From: a virus | Taxonomy: Duplodnaviria > Caudoviricetes | Reading direction: 5' to 3' (one strand) | DNA: 64,000 bases | Virus record (IMG/VR): IMGVR_UViG_3300025671_000004 | Location: 1,865 to 65,864 of that record | In this document: in pieces, positions 16,808-26,700 of the stretch | Layout: every line of letters begins with the position of its first letter | How positions within the stretch are numbered: the stretch's first letter is position 1 | The notes under the pieces: generated by a model | Database searches by the model: none | What the model was told of the DNA's origin: nothing | Seen by the model: only the letters and a program-made list of their open reading frames with translations | Translations under genes and position numbers: made by a program

Positions 16808-18270
16808 GTAATGACGTTATAGATCGAACATCGGGATATACTGATGACATGATGGTAGAGCAGCTCAGAATTATGAGAGATGTCATGTCAAAAAAAGTGT
16901 CTATAAAGGTTGGTCGAGGACGATCATCTAAGGTGATAGAAAAGTATAAGTACGCAGATGCTGATGACCTTATACCAAAGATTGAAAAAAGTATTGAGTA
17001 TTACGAAAACATGGGGAGAAACAGAAGTAAGATAACGCTAAGAGATTATCAAGAAGAGATAGCCACCAAGGCGTCTCACATAATGGAGGAATCGGGTTTC
17101 GTCTATCTATCGATGGAGGTTAGAACCGGGAAAACGCTGACATCACTTAGGTTGGCGGAAATACTTGGGTGCAGGAAGGTTGTCTTCTTGACTAAGAAGA
17201 AAGCTATATCAAGCATAGAGGAGGACTATGAAAAATTGAATCCCGACTTTGACTTGATAGTCTCCAACTACGAGAGCATGCACAAGTTGAATGTTGATGA
17301 GTGTGACCTTTTTATATTGGACGAGGCCCACACATTAGGGGCCTTCCCAAAGCCAAGCCTTCGCGCAAAGCAATGTAAGGCTTTTATCGAGAGGTTTCAT
17401 TGTGGCGTGGTTCTTTTGTCGGGTACGCCGACACCCGAATCTTATTCACAGATGTATCATCAAGTGTATGGTATACCGGGCAATCCCTTTGAAGAGTGCA
17501 AAAACTTCTACCGGTTCTGTGACGAGTATGTGAACGTCAAGCAGAAGAAGGTGAACTCGATGTACATCAAGGATTATTCGGGTGGAACTGAGAAGATCAT
17601 ATATGAGATGGAGCCATACACCATATCATGGTCACAGAAGGAATCGGGCTTTTCGGTTAAAACGGTGGAGCATGTGCTTAGGGTTGAGATGCCAAAGCAA
17701 ATAGAATCCATGATAAAGAGATTGAAAAGAGATCTGATTATAGAGGGCAAGGAGGAGGTTATATTGGCGGACACAGGTGTCAAACTTATGAGTAAGGTTC
17801 ATCAAATGTGTTCCGGAACTGTTAAATTTGAGAGCGGTAAATCAATGGTCTTGGACACGTTTAAGGCTGATTTTATTAAAGACTACTTCAAGGGAAAGAA
17901 AATAGGCGTGTTCTACAAGTTTAAGGAGGAATGGAATGCTCTGCGTCAAGTATTTGGAAAAGAATACTTGACAGATAGCTTGGATGTGTTCAACAACACA
18001 GATTGTCAGGTTATAGCCTTACAAATTCAGTCGGGTCGTGAGGGTATAACCTTACAAAAAGCTGATGCGCTTGTGTATTACAATATTGATTTTTCCGCCA
18101 CAAGCTATTGGCAGTCAAGGGATCGAATGACAACCAAGGAAAGAGAGCGCAATGATGTGTATTGGGTCTTCTCTGAAGGTGGCATAGAGGATGATGTGTA
18201 CAAGGCTGTTATGGATAAGAAAGACTACACGAAAAAACATTTTGAAAAAGGATTATTAAGTAGATTATGA
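16804..18270 (+). CDS. SNF2-like superfamily 2 helicase
   Basis: LRDYQ, RTGKT, LDEAH, LSGTP, SGREGITL and QSRDR motifs. Confidence 0.88.
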   Translation: MSNDVIDRTSGYTDDMMVEQLRIMRDVMSKKVSIKVGRGRSSKVIEKYKYADADDLIPKIEKSIEYYENMGRNRSKITLRDYQEEIATKASHIMEESGFVYLSMEVRTGKTLTSLRLAEILGCRKVVFLTKKKAISSIEEDYEKLNPDFDLIVSNYESMHKLNVDECDLFILDEAHTLGAFPKPSLRAKQCKAFIERFHCGVVLLSGTPTPESYSQMYHQVYGIPGNPFEECKNFYRFCDEYVNVKQKKVNSMYIKDYSGGTEKIIYEMEPYTISWSQKESGFSVKTVEHVLRVEMPKQIESMIKRLKRDLIIEGKEEVILADTGVKLMSKVHQMCSGTVKFESGKSMVLDTFKADFIKDYFKGKKIGVFYKFKEEWNALRQVFGKEYLTDSLDVFNNTDCQVIALQIQSGREGITLQKADALVYYNIDFSATSYWQSRDRMTTKERERNDVYWVFSEGGIEDDVYKAVMDKKDYTKKHFEKGLLSRL

Positions 18271-18533
18271 AAACACAAAAGACAGATTATTTCGGTGTAT
18301 CAGAGGTTAAGAACCCTAGCTCAAAGTGGGCTAATAAGAGATACCAAGGGTCATTTTACAACCAAAAAACAGGTCGTCACTCATTCAAGTATTTTGACAA
18401 TATGAGGGATGCGGCCAAATGGGTTGATCTTCAGTTGATACGAGTTGGAAAGGATCCGGTGAACGTATTAATCAGATTGAATGGGGAAAGAGCAACAGAT
18501 ACAGGCAAAGAAGATCAAGGAGCTAGAATCTAA
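18267..18533 (+). CDS. AP2-like DNA-binding protein
   Basis: YFGVS...KYFD..RDAAK.VD pattern. Confidence 0.6.
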   Translation: MKTQKTDYFGVSEVKNPSSKWANKRYQGSFYNQKTGRHSFKYFDNMRDAAKWVDLQLIRVGKDPVNVLIRLNGERATDTGKEDQGARI

Positions 18534-18735
18534 AGGGTACTACGTTCTAAAAATTATCAAATCAAACAAGAATGGTATACCTGACTTGTTGGCTATACCA
18601 AAGGGGAGCGATGTGGAGTTTTATGAAATCAAAGCACCCGGAGGAAGGCTTAGCAAGCTGCAGGAGTATAGATTAAAAGAACTTACCGAGCATGGCGTAA
18701 AAGCTGATGTTTACTCGGGCGAAAAATCAAAATAA
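18481..18735 (+). CDS. VRR-NUC nuclease (Holliday-junction resolvase-like)
   Basis: EQQIQ, GIPDL and EIKAPGGRLSKLQ motifs. Confidence 0.88.
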   Translation: MGKEQQIQAKKIKELESKGYYVLKIIKSNKNGIPDLLAIPKGSDVEFYEIKAPGGRLSKLQEYRLKELTEHGVKADVYSGEKSK

Positions 18736-18736
18736 T

Positions 18737-19306
18737 ATGAATCCAATTTTATCAAAATCAAACAAGCTAAAAGAAGTTGTGTTTACGGTTACCGGGCACA
18801 GCGTTGATTGTAAATCTAGAAAGCACGACCATGTGTTCTCTAGGATGATCTACTCAAAAATACTCAACGAACATGGCTTGGGCCCTTCTGCTATATGCAG
18901 GACATTAAACAAAGATCACTCAACTATTATTCACTACTTAGACGAGTTCGGCCCGCTATGCATATCGAAACCATATGTAAGAGAGTGGTACAATTCGGCT
19001 AGGTCAATGTTCAACTTTTCATCAAGCAATTTGGCTACCATAAGCAGGTCTGAGATGATACAAAATTACTTGAAGGTAGTGAGCTCGGTTGCTGAGGTGA
19101 GGAATGTATTAAAGTCTTTTAGAGATCAAATACCCGATGAGGTTGCAGATGAATTTTTGAGAGCCATATCAATGTCAGAAGGGTTGGTGTCAAACGGTGA
19201 GGGCGAGATAAGAGTTGGTTGTTGTAAAAATTGCGGCAGCAAGAATATTAATGATTCGATAAAGGGGAGTCTTTTTTGCTTTTCATGCGGAGAGAAACTT
19301 GCTTAG
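18737..19306 (+). CDS. DnaA C-terminal-like HTH protein with C-terminal Zn ribbon
   Basis: SRK..HV.SR...LNKDHSTIIHY and CKNCG...CFSCG. Confidence 0.75.
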   Translation: MNPILSKSNKLKEVVFTVTGHSVDCKSRKHDHVFSRMIYSKILNEHGLGPSAICRTLNKDHSTIIHYLDEFGPLCISKPYVREWYNSARSMFNFSSSNLATISRSEMIQNYLKVVSSVAEVRNVLKSFRDQIPDEVADEFLRAISMSEGLVSNGEGEIRVGCCKNCGSKNINDSIKGSLFCFSCGEKLA

Positions 19307-19328
19307 TAGGGAGCTAAAAATTAATAAA

Positions 19329-19541
19329 ATGGCAGTAGAAAAACCGAGACAAATAGAATGTGATGAGTGGCTTTATAAAGGTTGCTTTATCCAAGAATCA
19401 GAACACCCACAACTTATTGGCAAGTACGAAGTATTTAAAAATGATGAACTACAAACCCACGTTGGCAGATGCTATACGTTTACCGAAGCAAAAAGACTTT
19501 GTGAAGAGAATGAATGCTTTGAAAATGCACTTGAATTTTAA
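19329..19541 (+). CDS. Small cassette-like hypothetical protein
   Basis: AT-rich ORF whose stop is followed within 4 nt by GCCTAAC. Confidence 0.7.
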   Translation: MAVEKPRQIECDEWLYKGCFIQESEHPQLIGKYEVFKNDELQTHVGRCYTFTEAKRLCEENECFENALEF

Positions 19542-19544
19542 TGT

Positions 19545-19870
19545 GCCTAACGGTGTGGCTATGTGTAGTGCCGTAAATCGAGGACTAAACTTTAAAATAT
19601 TACAGAACTATGAACGAAGCAAAAAACATTCATAAACCCAATAAAAAAGCATGGAGTATAGCCTTTGTTATGTGGCGTTATTTTAAGTGGGTATTAATAC
19701 CTGCATGGCTTATTTTATGTGTAAACTTTGGTGCTTTTTTAGGTAAGTACCTTTGGCTGATAATGACATACTTTGGTATAGAAGATAACTTTGTGAGATT
19801 TATGGATTGGTTGATTTGGTTTTAATGCCACATAACAAGCGTATAGCAGCCGTTTTAATAGCTGTTATAC
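19545..19870 (+). mobile_element. attC-like sites bounding a gene cassette
   Basis: GCCTAAC...GGCTAT/ATAGCC...GTTATGTGGC (19667-19676) and its perfect complement GCCACATAAC (19827-19836), followed by a second stem. Confidence 0.65.
19610..19825 (+). CDS. Small membrane protein starting inside the attC-like site
   Basis: 71 aa, hydrophobic; stop 1 nt before GCCACATAAC. Confidence 0.6.
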   Translation: MNEAKNIHKPNKKAWSIAFVMWRYFKWVLIPAWLILCVNFGAFLGKYLWLIMTYFGIEDNFVRFMDWLIWF

Positions 19871-20033
19871 CCGATAAGGTATAATAATGGTATATCATAC
19901 CCGAGCGGGTATAAAAGTTACTCAAACACGGTTCTATGTGCTATTAGCTGAACCATTTATCCACCATTAACAGCAGATATAGCCGATAATGATGGATATG
20001 TCATACACTAAGTATGAAGTAAAGAATAATAAC

Positions 20034-20447
20034 ATGAAAAGATTTGAAACCAAAGAGGATTTAGATCGGGAGATAAAAGCGATACAGAAGTATTGCTCAA
20101 TGTTCGGATGTTCGTATGAGAAGTTAGGTATCAATGATATAGATTTCAAGCTAATGTCGGGTATGGATGTTATTGGGTATGTAGAGGTTAAGGGCCGGCT
20201 ATCCTATCTGAGGAATGCGTACCCTCTACCAATAGCAATGAGAAAGCTCGTCAAGCTTTGCGACAAGATGCTAAACCCTATTGTCATTTGGGCCTGCGAT
20301 GATGGCATTATTTATGGCGACCCTAGAGAACTTAAGGGGATCGCCAAGTTTTCCGGAAGGAAAAAGCAGAGAGAAGGATCTTTCCACGATAGAGAGATGA
20401 TGGTCTACTTTGATAGACAGAGTGGCCTAAAGTATTTGAGGTATTAA
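20034..20447 (+). CDS. PD-(D/E)XK-like nuclease
   Basis: DIDF...YVEVKGR motif. Confidence 0.7.
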   Translation: MKRFETKEDLDREIKAIQKYCSMFGCSYEKLGINDIDFKLMSGMDVIGYVEVKGRLSYLRNAYPLPIAMRKLVKLCDKMLNPIVIWACDDGIIYGDPRELKGIAKFSGRKKQREGSFHDREMMVYFDRQSGLKYLRY

Positions 20448-20461
20448 TAAAACACACTATT

Positions 20462-20767
20462 ATGATTGCATACAAATTAGTAAGAAAAATGAAAGATGGT
20501 AGCTATGCTCCATTGTTTATCAACAAGAAAAGCAGAATCCCTGTCGGTGAATGGCTAGATGCCGAAGAACACAAGACCAAGGGGTTCGCGGTTAGAAAAG
20601 GTTGGCATTGCACATTGAAACCATACGCCCCTCACCTTTCGGAAAAAGGAAGGGTGTGGGTTGAGGTTGAAATTGATGACACAGAGCTTTACGATCGCCC
20701 CGAGTCACAGGGTGGCACATGGGTATTGGCTCAAAAGATGAAGGTTGTGGGTGAGATCAGTATTTGA
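20462..20767 (+). CDS. Conserved hypothetical protein
   Basis: AYKL...PLFIN...GFAVRKGWHC...QGGTWVLA; last + strand gene. Confidence 0.75.
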   Translation: MIAYKLVRKMKDGSYAPLFINKKSRIPVGEWLDAEEHKTKGFAVRKGWHCTLKPYAPHLSEKGRVWVEVEIDDTELYDRPESQGGTWVLAQKMKVVGEISI

Positions 20768-20778
20768 TCTCACCACAA

Positions 20779-23700
20779 TTAATCTTTCTTAGATCGATCC
20801 ATTCGTCTTTCCATCTCCTTGACTCTTCCCGATGGCGAGTCTTTTCCATACAATCTTTCGTATAGGTCCGGATACTCCTCCTTGAGTTTGCTCTTGGGCA
20901 TTGTTGGATTCTTCTTCTCCTTAATGATGTCTTTGTAGATCATGGTGTTCATAATCATTCTAACATCTGCGTAGAATGGAACGTATCCAAGGTTCCCCGC
21001 CATCTCAATGACAGCTCGGTAATTCTCTAATTCATCCCTCTTGATTGCGTCAATCTCTACCTTTTCCTTTTCGACTAGTTGCTTTCCTGCAAACTCCATT
21101 GTTCTCAAAATTGGAGACATTGGCCCCATGATATTCATCATGATATCCATCATCATATTCCTTCTAGGATCGGGCTGAATAGGAACAATTGTATACGCGA
21201 TCTTATCTTCATACGCATCGTAATCACCATCCCTAAGCATATCTAGATACTTCATGTTAATGTACTCGACATTCATATTGATGAAGGTCTTGGCTATGTT
21301 ACCAAAGTCTCTTCCTAATATCAAGCCCGATACACCCGATACCACGGCGCGACCGAAGTCTAATGTAGTATACTCGTCATCATCTCCCGATATTAATGAT
21401 CTAAGCGCTCCGGAAAGATACTGAGTCAAGGCAGAGTAGATCACCATACGAGTTGCTACTGCGGTCATGATTGCGGCACCTTGTCTAGGTGTTATGTCAC
21501 CCCTTCCGATTGCTGCGTACATGCCATATCGGAATGAGTTGAACTCATACACAAGGAATCGCGTCATGTAGTTGTTGAATATGTGAAGTATCTGAGAGAA
21601 TGCCGATCCATTGATTGGTCTACTTTTCGCCGCAGAAAGAAATGGATTGTCAGATGCACCTAATAGCACAGATTTTTTGTCGGCCATTTTTCTAGCCGCA
21701 TCCAATGCATCTTGGTTTTCTGAGATGTACTCTTGATCGTTGTTCTTGATCTTTTCAAAGTCTATATCCTTTCCCGATTGTTTCTTAAACTCCTTGGCTA
21801 GGGCCCCAAACCAAAATGGTCTCATGATAGCTTGGTCGGGGGTGGTGATCATTTTGTCTGCGATCACCTCTGATGCATCTCGAATAGACCCAAGACCAAC
21901 GCCTCTCACTTTGAATGACCCAATTTGCTGAGCCTTATTGAGGATGTCATTCTTGGCTCTCGACCTATTAACGCTTCCTGCATCATCTTTCAATGTGCCA
22001 TCAATCATCCTCCCTGTAAGTGTACCTTGTGGGTATATCCTAGACAACTGAACAGATCCAACGTTTTCCGCTATGGCGACACCATCAGGGCTAGAATATA
22101 TCGATGCGTACTTCATGCCCGAGAAAAAGGATTTCGAATCAACCAACATAGCAAAAGCCGCGTTTGATAAAAATTCAGATATTGCTCGTGTTGACTTGGC
22201 TAGGACTGCTCTGTATCCCCACTTTGAAAGATATGAAGTAACGTCATCCATGAATGTTGTTTCATGCGTTGATGACATCAGCACACTCTCTACGGCAGAT
22301 TTGTGAGCCATTTTTATAACATCGAAGAGTTTCTCTTTCTCGGCCTTCTGCTTCCTCTTCTCCTCTATCCTTTTTTCTATGAGCTCCTTATCTTCTTTCG
22401 ATGCAGATTCTAGTTGGCTGTTCAAGTCTTCCAACTCTTTTGCAAACTTCTTCTTTATTTCATTTTCCGTGTTTCTTATCGTTCTATAAGATGTCCTCAC
22501 AGGCTCAGTCATATAGTAGTCCATGAACACATCTCTAGCTGCCGTAGACACAGACTTAAATGCGTCAAAGTCAATCGGATTAACCTGCCCTGTTCTCTCC
22601 TTTATGATGCCTGTTCTTGTCGATGGATTCATCGCATTCATGGCGTTTTGGGATTGAGTTAACTGTACACCGCTTGCGCTTGGGTCGACAATTACTGACA
22701 GGTGGTTGTAGGCATTCAATGGCTTCATGCCCTCTCCATGAACAACTAAACCAAGATGGGTGGCCAATGGGAGCAGGGATTGATTTATCTTCTCGATTGA
22801 TCTTATGGCATTTCGCTCTGCCCTGTTTAATGAGTTCTCTATTTTTTGAAGATCGATTTGACCGTTTGTAGAAAAGTCCTTCCTTATCCTCTTCAGAATC
22901 TCCGCATCCTTCTTAGTGTAATCTCCTTTTTCTGCTTCTGCATACTCGATTGTTGCGTCCAAAAACTTTATTGCGGGATTTACCTTGCTATTACCGGGGT
23001 TGTTTTCAAATTCCTTCTGAATTAGGTACGCGGTCATCTTGTACTTGGATTCGGTCACACTATTGTGATTGTAGGAAAAAGCCTCGTACAGCTTTTTGTC
23101 CAATCCCGACAAGGTCTCCAACACCTTCTTGTTCTCTGTCTTGAATCTACTGTGACCTATTGCGGTATTTTCAAATAGGGTGTTGTATATGGTCGGTGTT
23201 TTGAAGTCTCCAAAAACTTGATCTATAAAGTATAGTGGAGTTCTTTCGGCCATCACCGTATACTTATTCTTACCTTTAGAGAACAAAGCTTTAGCGCTCG
23301 CAATAACCCTGCTTATGAGCAATGGCTTTGCATTCATTACCGATTCCGCCAACTCTATTGTAGCTCTTCTAGACTCGATCCTCTCAACCAATACTTGTGT
23401 TACGTTGTGAGCGTACCCATTATTGGCATTGTCTACTACCTTTTGAAGTTTCTTTAGGTCGGATGGCGACATTTTCATCATGGCCTCGGTATCCTCTATC
23501 AGTTTTTTCAATCTTCTGAGTAGGGCCTCTTCAGCTTTTGGCAAACCTTCGGGTATACTAAGCTTGAGGGACATGATGTCACTTATTATACTCCTACGCT
23601 CTGCGTCAAGCTCTTGATCTGTCATGGTGTCTGAGACCTCATTTGATAGTATGGATAGCTTCAGTCGCACCATCATATCTCTTTCTTCGATGGTAATTAT

Positions 23701-26700
23701 ACCATCGTTCACCATCTTATCGAGCGTCTTCTCGTACATCAATTTACCATCAGAAGACATCACTTTGTCAGAGTAATCTTCAAACGCCATCTGAAGGTCC
23801 ACAACTCGTGCATTTTCTGCATCAACTGCATCCATCACCGTGGTTACTCGGTCAACCAACTCTCTAGCCTCTCCAAGATCCAACACGGCTGCACTCGTTC
23901 CCAACTCCTCTACTATCGAGATGTACTCATCCATGACAGATGGTGGGATGGATTTCTCAGAGATTGAAAGCATTTTGTCAACCAATGCATTGTATCCAAA
24001 GAGGCTTCCTAACTTCTTCTTGATGTTGTCCTTGGCCTTTTTACGCATCACTTTAAGCTTTGCAGACCTATCCTTGTACTCTTCGTTCTTTACAACGTTG
24101 GATACAAAGTCAGCAAACGCTCTTATGGATGCGTCAGATGCAGGATTGACTCGGCTAAATCTTTTGAGGATTTTACCCGCTTGGCGCATTGTCAACTTCT
24201 TCTCCTTCACCAATTCGTAAACCTCTTTTGCCAACCTTTGTTGAACGGCCAACACAGCTCTGATACCACGGCCTTGAGTTCTTATCTGAGAAGAAAGGGC
24301 TTGTTTCGCTGATATGGTTATGTTCTCGACATCAAATGTTTGACCCAATATGGTGCTTGCCTTTGGTGACTTCCTAATTGAATACCCATGATTCATCGTA
24401 GTAAGCATCACAGCCCTATTCCTAGTAATATCGTCTGCCTTTTTGTAGAAATCGCTAGCCTCCAATATCTCTATGGCCTTTGCAAGTATATCTCGTTTCT
24501 TGGCACCCTCATCAGCCATGGTGTTGTAGTTTTTCTTGATGCGACTTGCTACAGCTTTGTAGCCTTCTTTCTTCGACATCTCTTTCTCTAACTCCTCTTT
24601 CTTTCTCTGCTGTCTAACAACATTCATGCTTGACTTGGGGGGTTCTGCACCAATCATCTTATTCTCAAACTCGGTTGCCCTACGACTTGCCAAGCGATCG
24701 AATTCAGCTTTGCTCATGTATATCTTATCCTCTTCAGCAACATCCTCTGTTTCGGAAAGAGCTAAGTTGTCGAGTTCCCTTTGACTTAGGTTCATCCTTC
24801 TTCGAACGTTGTTGGCATCAACTTCACCCGCAAAACTTTTGTAAACATCATGCAGCATGCTCCGTGCCGTCTTCGGCCCCATTATGGTGTATATCTTTGC
24901 TAAGTTTCTCTGCTCTTCATAGTTCAGATACCTTAATGCAGCCAACTTGTTTCCTCCCCAAGGCATGTCCTCTATGTATTGTATGGCATGTTGGATTTCA
25001 TGCAACATTGTTCCTTTTAGGGTATCCTCAAAATCAGAAAGGCGTGAAAATACCTTTCTCATGTCCGTGGATATCTTCTTGGGGGTTCCCGCATAATCTT
25101 TCGCCCTTCTCTCATTTCCTTGTACCAAGATTTTAATCATATCGTCAATGGCGCCATTGACATCATTATCGGGACTCGAGTTTTTTATAATGAAGTCCAT
25201 TGTTTCTCTCTCTAGCCTTCTCATAAGAGGGCTGTCGGGGATTTTTGAACCTTTTTTAGCGAATGCTAAATGCTCTGAGACCCTAGCGATATACTCTCTC
25301 ACAGCTAGTGGAAAACTGTCATAGACTCTCTGTACTACGTTCGCAGAAATTATACTACTCCTGAGGGCTTTGAAGTTTTCCTCACCATCGGTTTCTTGTG
25401 TTGGAACCACGACCGTAATCAATTGGGTGTCAGTCCTTCCGACCGGAGTGCTATACTCCCCTGCAAACATGCTGTATATGCCCGAATCCCCTCTCCCTGT
25501 TTCGCTAATCATTAGTTTGAATGGAATGTTCTTTATGGAAGGATAGTGCTTGAATAGCTCGGGGTGATCTATTACATCCCCCACAGTCAGATCCTTCTTG
25601 CTCATAGCTATAACATCTTCAACATCCTGCCAAGATCTAACATCTAATTTAATCCTAGCATCACGGTCACTTATTTCAAACATCCACTCAGAATTAGCGG
25701 CTTTGTAAAAGCTAGTCAACGCTTTGATCTTCTTAGCGGACTCACCGGCGGCATCCATCTCCATGGCTTTGCGCTTCTTGTCTGCTAACTCTGTAGACAG
25801 GTTTGCATTCTTGGAGCCAATGTACTTTCTAACCCTGTTCTCAGACTCCATCTCTTCTTCTGTTCTGAGTTCAAGCGGGGTGTTAGACTTGGCGTACTCA
25901 ATCCTCTCCTCGATTTCTTGTATCTTCCTGTTGACTTCTTGCCTTTTATTTGATGGAAGTCCTTTTCTAGATTTTTTAAGGTCATCAATCAATGTGTTTA
26001 AGGCGGATATGTATGCATCTAAAGTTACCTTTGGCTTTTCTTTTGCAGGCGCCTTTGGCTTTTCTTTTGCAGGTGCCTTTGGCTTTTCTTTTGTACTTGG
26101 TTTAGTTGGTGTTTCTTTTTTCTGAGCTAATGAAACGTTAGCTATTGCATCTGTAAAATTCTTAAATCTTCTCTTAGGCGTCCCTGTTGGTGAGTCAGAG
26201 ATAACAAAACCAATAGGAGATCCGTCAGTCAAGACAGATTCGCTCCTGTCTATAATAAAACCACTACCGGATGGCGATGTGTATGACCAAACCGATTCCC
26301 CTTTTCTGTTTTTACTTTCTTGTTTTATTTCTGCATCTCCAAACTTCTCAACTTGTCCTACTTTTTCTTCGGTTTCAGTTTTTGGAATCTCAGCTTTCGT
26401 CTCCTTTGGCGTAGGCTTTTTCTTCGCTGCAGGCTTTTTCTTCGCTGCAGGCTTTTTGACGGCGGGTTTTTTGGCAGCGGGCTCTTTGACGGCGGGTTTT
26501 TTGGCAGCGGGCTCTTTCTTTACGGATGGCTCTGCCCCCATCATTGTTCCGCCTAATAAAGGACCAAAAGCTTTAGAGCTTATTCTACCATCAAGAAAAT
26601 CCTTTTGAACAACTCTATCTTTCGGATCCCCTTCCCTCATTACAAACCTCTGAACTATTTCCCCATCGGCATTCTTGTAGTAGATCACATTTACGCCATT

